IMG/VR virus record: IMGVR_UViG_2824317532_000002
Location: 24,871 to 88,870 of that record
Reading direction: 5' to 3' (one strand)
DNA from: a virus
Taxonomy: Duplodnaviria; Caudoviricetes
DNA length: 64,000 nt
Part shown: piece by piece, positions 26,378 through 34,615 of the stretch
How the letters are laid out: every line of letters starts with the position of its first letter
Position numbering within the stretch: the first letter of the stretch is position 1
The notes under the pieces: generated by a model
Told to the model about the DNA's origin: nothing
Database searches by the model: none
The model's input: only the letters and a program-made list of their open reading frames with translations
Translations under genes and position numbers: made by a program

Positions 26378-26447
26378 GGCCATCATCGGGCACGGAATGC
26401 CAATCCGCGCGACGGTATGACCCGTTTCCGGGTCCACCGTTTCGGCC
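26378..26447 (-). ncRNA. Type II hammerhead ribozyme, variant core CCGAUGA
   Basis: GGCC-GAAA-stem III (CGGTG/GACCCG GAAA CGGGTC/TACCG)-UC cleavage triplet GUC-stem I (GCGCGGA/TCCGTGC)-CCGATGA-T-GGCC. Confidence 0.75.
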
Positions 26448-26453
26448 GTGAAA

Positions 26454-27101
26454 TCAGACCAGCGCGGGTCGTCCGAGCGATTTCCGCTTGAGGTTGCGAA
26501 GCGAGATCAGTAGGAACTTCTCGGCCGAGTCACCCCAGATCACATCGTTACCGGAACACTCCGGGTAGAAGTCGTCCTCGCTCACCGCCTGCCAGAAACC
26601 CTGTTCGATTTCCTCGCGAGTGAATTCGTCCGCCACTTCCTGCCACCACTCCGGAAGGTCGGAGTACAGATCGGCGAACAGGTAGCCGCTGAATGACTCG
26701 TGAGCAGCCTCGTATTCAAGCTCACTCAAGTCGGACTCGTCGTAAACCGGGTACTGCTCTTTCAGGCCGATGACCGTGTTGATCAGGCGATCCGAAACCG
26801 AGTGCAGGAAGAACCCGAGTCCGTCGCACCCGGTGTATCCGACACGAAAGAACGCCATGCCGTAATCGCGCTCCAAGCTGCGGAAGTTGCTGATCTCCCA
26901 GAATGAGACCTGTCCCGCCCAATCCTCAGAGATCGCGCCGTCCACCTCGACAAACGGGCGCTCCGTCTCGTCGTAAGCGAACGGGTGAGCGTAAGCGGAG
27001 TGAATCCGGCCCTTCTCGTAAACGTCGGCCGGATCGGCGTAGCGCACGCTGAAACCAGCGCGCTTCAAATCGTCGATACGCTCTGCAAGCTTGACGTTCA
27101 T
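26454..27101 (-). CDS. Hypothetical acidic phage early protein (first gene of leftward operon)
   Basis: WEISNFRSL...LKEQYPVYDESDLSELE; directly downstream of the promoter. Confidence 0.7.
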   Translation of the reverse strand: MNVKLAERIDDLKRAGFSVRYADPADVYEKGRIHSAYAHPFAYDETERPFVEVDGAISEDWAGQVSFWEISNFRSLERDYGMAFFRVGYTGCDGLGFFLHSVSDRLINTVIGLKEQYPVYDESDLSELEYEAAHESFSGYLFADLYSDLPEWWQEVADEFTREEIEQGFWQAVSEDDFYPECSGNDVIWGDSAEKFLLISLRNLKRKSLGRPALV

Positions 27102-27172
27102 GCCCTGCCTTTCGGGTGCTGAGTAAACACTAGGCTCGCTCGGTTCGCTGCGCTGCCGAACCGATGGGAAGA

Positions 27173-27201
27173 ACGCTAGTCCAGGACAAGACTAAACACA
27201 A
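27173..27201 (-). promoter_or_regulatory. Main leftward early promoter TTGTGT-N17-TAGCGT with operator across -35/spacer
   Basis: Minus strand TTGTGTttagtcttgtcctggacTAGCGT; second operator at 27121-27130. Confidence 0.6.
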
Positions 27202-28120
27202 GTCCGGGGTGGAACTTTCTTGTTTTCCCTGCTCAGAACGCCTGTCAGGCGCTGGGACGCGAGGCCTGCGCGCCCATGGGCACGGCTACCAGGCAGAGGC
27301 GTTCGCCCCGCCCGTGAACGTCACGCTGCGGTCCGCTCGCGCCTCCGCACGTGTAGCCGTGACCCTCGCATGCGTGCGCGCGCCTGCGTGCCTCTCAGGT
27401 CCACGGGTGCCCATGCAGCGGCGAGGTGCCCTAGTCGCATGACACAGCCGGCATCTCACTGGCCTAGTCACTAGGACAGTAGTCATCTGACAGCTTGCCG
27501 TATCCCAGCGTGACTCACCCGTTACCGGGGGTATGACCCCCTGCGAGCTGGGACGCTCACCGGCCGTGGCTAGCACCTGAGATTCTGCCACGGTTCCAAA
27601 GTCGCCCAAGACGCGACGAAGCGCCGCCACCCGATGGGCAACGGCGCTGGTCAGACAGTGTTCCGGCGGCGAGCTAGTCCTCGTACATGGCTGCCCGGTT
27701 CGCCTCCTGAAATTCCTCCTGGCTGAGGTCGCCGGCAAGGTGCATGCCCAGGGTTGTGTAGGTGACGTGAGCGACTTCCAGGCGCTGCATCACCGATCAG
27801 CCCGTGATGGTCTCTCATGTTCTTACCTGGCTGCCCGACCTACGCGGCCACGGTACCAAGGCCGATCCGTCCTGTAAGTGAACGAGGCCAGGACGATTGC
27901 GGTGTATGGCCGGTTGGTCTCATCGAAGGAAGCGGCTCCCATAGGACATGACTATACACGACCGGGGCCTTCGGCCCCACGAGCGGGTTAGCCGGCTAGC
28001 AAGGGATTCCGCTGCCTTCTCTTCGCCGATGCATGGGGCCTCCGGCCCCTGTGGGTTTCCTTCGCCGCTGGGCGATCACATGGCTGGTTCTCTTGGAAGG
28101 GTTCAAGAGCATGGTTTGGG

Positions 28121-28325
28121 TGCACTCCACTGCACCCCGGTTACGAACTAGAGTTCACCCCGGTCAGGAACTACAGTGCACCCCGGTTGCCGGACCGGGG
28201 TGAATCCCACTGCACCCCTGTGGATAAACCGGGGTGAACTGCGCTGCACCCCGCCTGAGCTGCGAAAACAAGCCGGGGTGAACTGGAGTGCACCTCGGTC
28301 TGCCGCCGACGCAATCCCGGGGTCG
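28121..28325. repeat. Cluster of about 9 direct/inverted T(G/T)CACCCCGG repeats with a DnaA-box match
   Basis: Copies at 28131, 28154, 28177, 28195(rev), 28211, 28229(rev), 28245, 28273(rev), 28289; TGTGGATAA at 28219-28227. Confidence 0.75.
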
Positions 28326-28621
28326 TGACCTGAACCACAGCCAACCTCCGTTAGCCCGAGCTGAACCCGTACTACTAGTGAAGGGGTTAACCAGTAAGCC
28401 TGCTGACCAGCTAGCCAACTACCGAGCTAGCCCAGTAGAGAGCTAGGAAGTTAGAGAGCTTGGATCTGACGAGCCAACCCGCTGACCCGGTTGGAAGTTG
28501 GAGAGATGAAGAGCTTGGATCTAACCCGCTAGCCGGTTAACCCCAGCAGACCAGGTCTCGGGTCTACGCCTACGGGCAAACGTAGCCGAGACCTACAGCA
28601 AGACAGTACTGGTGGTGACTC

Positions 28622-28939
28622 GTGGGCAACGGCAGATGGCAAGGTAGTGATCGCCGGCAGCGACTCCCCCAGAACTGGCCATCCATTCAGCGACGCATTC
28701 TCAAGAACGCTGAATTCCGGTGCACCGTGAGAACCGAGGGGAAACGGTGCACCGAGCAGGCGACGGAAGTCGACCACATTCGTGCTGGTGACGATCATCG
28801 AGATTCCAACCTGAGAGCTATCTGCGGATGGCATCACCAGCAGAAATCATCCCGTGAAGGCGGGGAGGCGTACGCCGCGAACCGGCGACGCCAGGCCGCC
28901 AAGTTCAAGCGCACAGAGGCACACCCCGGCCTGCTGTAG
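28622..28939 (+). CDS. HNH endonuclease (packaging-associated)
   Basis: WQGSDRRQRLP..W...C...ATEVDHI..GDDH..SNL..ICGWHH..KSSREG. Confidence 0.9.
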   Translation: MGNGRWQGSDRRQRLPQNWPSIQRRILKNAEFRCTVRTEGKRCTEQATEVDHIRAGDDHRDSNLRAICGWHHQQKSSREGGEAYAANRRRQAAKFKRTEAHPGLL

Positions 28940-29031
28940 CGCTGCGGCGAGGGTCGAGGGCTCTCCCCTTGCTGCTTGTGCCCCAGCTCGCCCCTCTCCG
29001 AGCTGGGGCCTTCAACGTTTCCGGAGGTGCC

Positions 29032-29493
29032 GTGAGCCTGCATACGGTTCCGCTTACACGCACTCAGGCCAACGACCTGATTGCCCGCCGGCACCGGCAC
29101 CACAAGCCTGTTCACGGGCTCCGGTTCGCGATCGGCCTGGTCGACGAGGTCGGCCAGCTCCGCGGCGCAGCGGTTGTTGGCCGACCGGTGGCACGCATGA
29201 CCGACCCGTACCGGGTTGCGGAGGTGACCCGCCTCGTCACTGATGGGGTGCCGAACGGCTGCTCAATGCTCTACCAGGCGGCAGCCAGGGCCGCGAAGGC
29301 TATGGGCTACGAGCGCATTCAGACCTTCATCCTCTTGAGCGAGCCAGGCACCTCACTTCGGGCTTCCGGTTGGGAGATGGATCGAACCACGAAGCCTGAG
29401 GGGTGGTCGAGGCCGAGCCGCATTCGAGAAGACGAGCACCCCACCGAGGCCAAGATGCGCTGGTATCGGCAGCTCAACACGCCACGCCTGTAG
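29032..29493 (+). CDS. XF1762-family (Mom-like GNAT) protein
   Basis: ANDLIARRHRHHKPV.G...GAAVVGRPVAR...EVTRLVTDG.PNGCSMLY.AAARAAKAMGY..IQTFIL.SEPGTSLRASGW. Confidence 0.75.
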   Translation: MSLHTVPLTRTQANDLIARRHRHHKPVHGLRFAIGLVDEVGQLRGAAVVGRPVARMTDPYRVAEVTRLVTDGVPNGCSMLYQAAARAAKAMGYERIQTFILLSEPGTSLRASGWEMDRTTKPEGWSRPSRIREDEHPTEAKMRWYRQLNTPRL

Positions 29494-29496
29494 GAG

Positions 29497-29937
29497 GTGA
29501 TCGCCTTGCCAGGTCCCGTACCGAACCGCGAGGCGGACCTCGCCCGGCCCCGTGAGCGCAAGGGTGCCGACCAGCAGTCGGTGACCCGCGGAACCGCTCG
29601 GCCGGCGAAAGCCCCGAACGCTGATCGGTCCTGGCACCCGATCGCCCAGCGACTCTGGGATGCCGCGAAGGAGTCCGGCCAGTCGGACTTCTATCAGGCG
29701 TCCGACTGGGCACTGCTGTACTCGCTGTGCGAAGACCTCAGTGTTTACAAGAAGTCCACGAAACGGTCCGGCCAGATGCTCCAGACCATTTACTCCGCAT
29801 TCGAGCGCCTACTGATCGCCGAAGGCGACCGGCGCCGAGTGCGCATCGAACTGCACGAACCCGAGGACGAGACCGCCACGCCAGCCAGCGTGACCGTCAT
29901 GAACGAGTACAGGGCGGCCCTCGGCATCGCGAACTAA
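29497..29937 (+). CDS. Terminase small subunit
   Basis: PGPVPNRE..LAR, WHPIAQRLWD..KESGQ.DFYQ.SDWA, LLIAEGDRRRVRIEL; precedes TerL. Confidence 0.85.
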   Translation: MIALPGPVPNREADLARPRERKGADQQSVTRGTARPAKAPNADRSWHPIAQRLWDAAKESGQSDFYQASDWALLYSLCEDLSVYKKSTKRSGQMLQTIYSAFERLLIAEGDRRRVRIELHEPEDETATPASVTVMNEYRAALGIAN

Positions 29938-29952
29938 CCGAGGGGGTGAGGC

Positions 29953-31593
29953 ATGGCTGCGGCCACCCTGACCCCCGAGGAGATTGAAGCACTGGAGCCC
30001 GACTTCTACGGGCCGACCTGGCAGCGCAACGACGACGGCTCCTGGCACCTGCCTCGCTGGACGCTCGGATGGCAGATCGCCGCCTGGTGCGCCGAGTACC
30101 TGCGTGCCGAGGACGGCGGGCCCTGGCGGTTCACGCCGGAGCAACTGCGCTTCATCTTGTGGTGGTACGCGGTCGACGAGAGCGGCCGGTTCGTCTACCG
30201 CAAGGGAGTTCTGCAGCGGCTCAAGGGCTGGGGTAAGGACCCGATCGTTGCGGTCATGTGCCTGGTCGAGCTGGCCGGGCCGAGCCGGTTCTCGCACTTT
30301 GAGCTGGATCAGGCGTTCGGCGTGCCGCACCCGCAAGCCTGGGTTCAGGTCGCCGCGGTTTCGCGTGACCAGACCCGCAACACCATGACGCTGTTCCCCT
30401 CGCTGATGAGCGACAGGTTCATCGAGACCTACGGCATCAAGGCGGGCGCCGAGCTGATCCGTGCGAACGGTGGCCGGCAGCGCCTCGAAGCGGTGACCAG
30501 CTCCTATCGGGCGCTGGAAGGTGGCCGCTCGACGTTCGTCGTCCTGAACGAGACGCACCACTGGATCGCCGGGAACAACGGCCACCAGATGTACGACACG
30601 ATCGACGGCAACACGACCAAAAAGGACTCCCGGTATTTGGCGATCACCAACGCCTTCTTGCCTGGTGAGGACTCGGTTGCCGAGAAGATGCGCCTGGCCT
30701 GGGAGAAGATTCGCGAGGGTAAGGCAATCGATGTCGGCTTCCTCTACGACTCGATCGAGGCGCACCCGAAGACCCCGTTGACGCCTGAGGCGTTGCGGAT
30801 CGTCCTGCCGAAGATTCGCGGCGACGCGGTCTGGCTCCGGGTCGAGACGATCATCCAGTCGGTTCTCGACCTGACGATCGCGGCCAGCCGGTCGCGTCGG
30901 ATGTGGCTCAACCAGATCGTCGCCGAAGAGGACGCGCTCTTCTCGTCGGCCCAGTGGGTTCCGCTGGAGATCGAAGGCGCGATCCTCAAGCCTGGCGACG
31001 AGATCACGCTCGGGTTCGACGGCGGTAAAACCGATGATGCCACCGCCCTTGTGGCTCTCCGGCGGTCGGACAACTGCGCGTTCGTGCTTGGCCTGTTCGA
31101 GAAGCCGGACGGTCCGGCCGGCGAAGGCTGGCGGGTCAGTCAGGCGGCGGTCGACTCGGTAGTGCATGACGCGTTCCGCCTGTTCAAGGTGCTCGGGTTC
31201 TACGCCGACGTGGCGTTGTGGGAGTCCTACATCACTGCGTGGACGGAGACGTACGGCGAGGGCCTGAGCGTCAAGGCGGGTGCCGGAGGCGCGATTGCCT
31301 GGGACATGCGGACCAGCTTGAAGCGCTCAACCATGGCGCATGAGCGCCTGATGCAATCCGTGTTCGACGGCAAGATCCACCATGACGGTGACCTGGCGCT
31401 GCGGCGCCACGTGCTCAACGCACATCGCCGTGTCAACAACTACGGCATCAGCTTCGGCAAGGCCGGCGGGCGCGAGTCGCCCCGCAAGGTCGACGCCTAC
31501 GCGGCCCTGATGCTCGCCCACGAGGCGATGCACGACTTCCGTACCCGCGGCAAGCGCGTCAAGGAGCGCTCAGGTCGCGGCTATTTCCTCTGA
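29953..31593 (+). CDS. Terminase large subunit
   Basis: LQRLKGWGKDP Walker A, LNETHHW Walker B, LGFDGGKTDD nuclease, KVDAYAA. Confidence 0.95.
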   Translation: MAAATLTPEEIEALEPDFYGPTWQRNDDGSWHLPRWTLGWQIAAWCAEYLRAEDGGPWRFTPEQLRFILWWYAVDESGRFVYRKGVLQRLKGWGKDPIVAVMCLVELAGPSRFSHFELDQAFGVPHPQAWVQVAAVSRDQTRNTMTLFPSLMSDRFIETYGIKAGAELIRANGGRQRLEAVTSSYRALEGGRSTFVVLNETHHWIAGNNGHQMYDTIDGNTTKKDSRYLAITNAFLPGEDSVAEKMRLAWEKIREGKAIDVGFLYDSIEAHPKTPLTPEALRIVLPKIRGDAVWLRVETIIQSVLDLTIAASRSRRMWLNQIVAEEDALFSSAQWVPLEIEGAILKPGDEITLGFDGGKTDDATALVALRRSDNCAFVLGLFEKPDGPAGEGWRVSQAAVDSVVHDAFRLFKVLGFYADVALWESYITAWTETYGEGLSVKAGAGGAIAWDMRTSLKRSTMAHERLMQSVFDGKIHHDGDLALRRHVLNAHRRVNNYGISFGKAGGRESPRKVDAYAALMLAHEAMHDFRTRGKRVKERSGRGYFL

Positions 31594-31608
31594 GCGAGGT
31601 GTTTACTC

Positions 31609-33057
31609 TTGTCCGTTACGACGGCTGACTCTGCCCTCGCCCAGGCTAAGGAGCTGCTCCGGATCATCCACAAGGATCGTCCCCGGTTGCAGCGAATCGA
31701 CCGGTACGAGCGTGGCGATCACGATGACCCGTACATGCCGCCCCATGCGAGCGACGAGTACCGGCTGCTCGCGAAGCGGTCGGTGTCGAACTGGATGGGC
31801 GTACTCATCTCGACGCCGGTCCAGGCGATGTACGTCGACAACTTCCGGCGCGGCCAGGCTGCCGTGCGTGGCAGCGACGGGGCGGCGCTTCCGGAGTGGA
31901 CGCACTGGCAGAACAGCCGGCTCGACGCCCGGCAGACCTCGGTGCACCGGGGCGCGGTGAAGTTTGGGCACTCCTTCACGATCACCGAGAAGACCGACAA
32001 GGGCACCCGCACCAAGGGTCTGAGCGCCCTGAACACCTCGGCCCTCTGGGAAGATCCGGCCAACGATGACGCCCCGGTGGTCGCGCTGACGATCACCCAG
32101 GAGGCGGCCGAAGGCAGCCGCGGCAAGGCCCGCATGTGGGACGGCGCTCTCGAGTACGAGGTGACGTTCGGCGCGCTGCTCGACGACGACAGCCTGACGG
32201 TCACGGAAGTCGGGAAGCACGGCAACAGCGAATGCCCGGTGACCCGGTTCGCCGCGCACATCGATCTCGAAGGCCGCACGGTCGGCGTGGTCGAGCCGCT
32301 GATCCCACTGCAAGACCGCATCAATCAAACCATTATGGACTTGCTGGTCGCACAGTCCTATACCGCCCATGTGGTGCGTTATACGACCGGTATGGCGCCG
32401 CCGCTCAAGATGGTGCCAGTCAAGGACGAGTCCGGCGAGGTCGTCGACTGGCAGCCCGAGCGCGGCCCGGACGGACGGCCGATCCCAGCGAACATCAACG
32501 TCAACTCGTCGCGGTTCCTGTTCGCCGAGGACCCGGACGTGCGGTTCGGCAGCCTCGAAGGCGGCCCGTTGTCGGGGTTCATCGAGTCGATCGACATGAG
32601 CATTCGCCACCTGGCCGCGATCGGCCAGATGCCCCCGCACCACCTGCTGGGGCAGATCGCGAACCTGTCAGCGGAGGCCCTCCTGGCTGCAGAGACGGCG
32701 TTGAGCCGCAAGGTCGAAGAGTTCCGCAAGCTCATGGGCGAAGCCTGGGAACGCGTGTTCCGCCTGGCCGCCGAGCTTGAGGGTGTCGAGGCTTCCGCCC
32801 TGGACTACTCCGGCGAGGTCATCTGGCGCGACATGGAGATGCGTTCACTCGCTCAGTCCGCCGATGGTCTCGGCAAGCTTCGCGAGCAGCTCGCCATCCC
32901 GGTCAAGGGCCTCTGGGCCCGGGTGCCCGGCGTGACCAAGAACGAGCTGGACCAATGGTCAGCGCTGGCCGAACAGGAGAATGCCGACCTGCAGCTCGTC
33001 GACGCGCTGCTCCGGTCGACCGGTGAGGACCCGGCCGATGGCCGCGAGTCGCGCTGA
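31609..33057 (+). CDS. Portal protein
   Basis: Follows TerL; GVVEPLIPLQDRINQT, ANLSAEAL.AAE. Confidence 0.92.
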   Translation: MSVTTADSALAQAKELLRIIHKDRPRLQRIDRYERGDHDDPYMPPHASDEYRLLAKRSVSNWMGVLISTPVQAMYVDNFRRGQAAVRGSDGAALPEWTHWQNSRLDARQTSVHRGAVKFGHSFTITEKTDKGTRTKGLSALNTSALWEDPANDDAPVVALTITQEAAEGSRGKARMWDGALEYEVTFGALLDDDSLTVTEVGKHGNSECPVTRFAAHIDLEGRTVGVVEPLIPLQDRINQTIMDLLVAQSYTAHVVRYTTGMAPPLKMVPVKDESGEVVDWQPERGPDGRPIPANINVNSSRFLFAEDPDVRFGSLEGGPLSGFIESIDMSIRHLAAIGQMPPHHLLGQIANLSAEALLAAETALSRKVEEFRKLMGEAWERVFRLAAELEGVEASALDYSGEVIWRDMEMRSLAQSADGLGKLREQLAIPVKGLWARVPGVTKNELDQWSALAEQENADLQLVDALLRSTGEDPADGRESR

Positions 33058-34021
33058 CGAGGCCGAGCGCGCGGCGGTCGCCTACAACATCGCCCTGAAC
33101 AAGATCGGCGCGACGACGGTCCAGGAAGCGATCAAGCTGTGGGGCCGCATGCCGACCGCGCAGACGCGGGCGGTGTCCGCGGCCTGGTTGAACCAGGCGC
33201 TCAAGCTGATCAGCACACAACGCGGGCGCTCCCGCGAGCTGGCGCTCGCCTACTACCGGCTGGTCCGCGCGCTGCGGACCGGTAAGACGGTGGCCGACCC
33301 GTACCACCCCATTCCTTCCCACGTCACGCTGGCCGACCTGCGGCGTGAGTTCGCCACCCTGGCCGGCCAGGAAGACGACGACCAGGGTGGCGGGGACACG
33401 CGGGTTGAGGTGGAGAAGCTTCCGGGCCTGGGTAGCGCGATGGACCGCATTGAGCGGGCATCCGTGGCCGAGGCCCGGGACTCTTTGATCAACCTCGGGC
33501 CTCGCAACTACGTCGACAAGATTAAGGCCGTCGACACGAGCAAGCCGGCCGTCGGGGTCGACGCTGCCCGCGAGACCGCACACAAGGAAGCCGGTAATCG
33601 GCAGGCCGCATCCGCGGCTCGACTCGCCATGAACGGTGCCAGGAGCACCGTGTGGGTGGCGCACGAGCAGGACGGCCGAGCCATCGGCTACGTGCGGCTG
33701 AGCAGGACCGGAACCCCGTGCGGGTTCTGCGCGATGTTGATCAGCCGGGGCGCCGCGTACAAGAGCGAACGCGCGGCCACGTATGCGGACGGCGACCTGT
33801 TTCACGACAACTGCATGTGCTACGCCGAGCCCGTCTTCTCCAAGGACCAGTTCGGCAGTGGCGACCTGTACGCCCTCAACCGGCAGTACAGCGAGCAGTG
33901 GCCCGAGGTCACCAAGGGCCTGAGCGGCAGAGCCGCACTCAGCGCATGGCGGCGCTTCATCCGCCAAGAACAGAAAGCCTCTGCCCAGGCGGCGAGGTCA
34001 GCCAGCGTCCAGGAGGCGTAA
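33038..34021 (+). CDS. Capsid maturation/minor head protein (MuF-like)
   Basis: PCGFCAMLISRG...FHDNCMCYAEPVF. Confidence 0.8.
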   Translation: MAASRADEAERAAVAYNIALNKIGATTVQEAIKLWGRMPTAQTRAVSAAWLNQALKLISTQRGRSRELALAYYRLVRALRTGKTVADPYHPIPSHVTLADLRREFATLAGQEDDDQGGGDTRVEVEKLPGLGSAMDRIERASVAEARDSLINLGPRNYVDKIKAVDTSKPAVGVDAARETAHKEAGNRQAASAARLAMNGARSTVWVAHEQDGRAIGYVRLSRTGTPCGFCAMLISRGAAYKSERAATYADGDLFHDNCMCYAEPVFSKDQFGSGDLYALNRQYSEQWPEVTKGLSGRAALSAWRRFIRQEQKASAQAARSASVQEA

Positions 34022-34025
34022 CCCC

Positions 34026-34547
34026 GTGCCACCCGAAGAGACCCCCACCCCCACCACTGAGACCGAGTCGACCGAGACTGCCGAGACGCCCGTCGAGTCC
34101 CCGGAGGACACCGCCGGAGAGACCGCAGGCGAGACGAAGTCCCAGGAAGACGAGCTTCCCGAGTGGGCGCGCAAGGCGCTGACCAAGGCCAACGCGGAGG
34201 CAGCGAACTACCGCACCCGCGCGAAGGAGGCCGAGGCCAAGCTCGCCGGCGCGAAGACTCCGGAAGAGCTGGAAGCCGTGGTGAAGGAGATCACCGCCCG
34301 CGCCGAGAAGGCCGAGCGGTTCCTGCTGGTCTCCGATGTGGCGCGCAAGCACGACCTGCCGGACGAGCTGGCAGAGGTTCTCAAGGGCGAGACCCGCGAG
34401 GACCTGGAGGCGCACGCCAAGAAGCTCGCCAAGTTCGCGACCCCCGTAAAGCCGCGGGTGCTGCGCGGCGGCCTGGACCCGGTCGACGACGACGGTTCGC
34501 CGAACGACCCGCGCGAGCTGGCCCGCAAGTACGGCGGACGCCGCTAA
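34026..34547 (+). CDS. Capsid scaffolding protein
   Basis: Acidic N-terminus, LPEWARK...EAANYR, LRGGLDP. Confidence 0.85.
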   Translation: MPPEETPTPTTETESTETAETPVESPEDTAGETAGETKSQEDELPEWARKALTKANAEAANYRTRAKEAEAKLAGAKTPEELEAVVKEITARAEKAERFLLVSDVARKHDLPDELAEVLKGETREDLEAHAKKLAKFATPVKPRVLRGGLDPVDDDGSPNDPRELARKYGGRR

Positions 34548-34568
34548 CCGAACCCCCTCGAATCCCTG

Positions 34569-34605
34569 AGCCCCGCGCCTGATGGCCGGGGCTTTCTTCA
34601 TGCCC
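34569..34605 (+). terminator. Hairpin plus U-tract before MCP
   Basis: AGCCCCG...CGGGGCT TTCTTCATGCCC. Confidence 0.55.
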
Positions 34606-34615
34606 GGAGGCATAA

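Noticed and set aside
28121-28325. CRISPR-like array
   Set aside because: Repeats are only about 10 bp, in mixed orientation, with short irregular spacers and no cas operon
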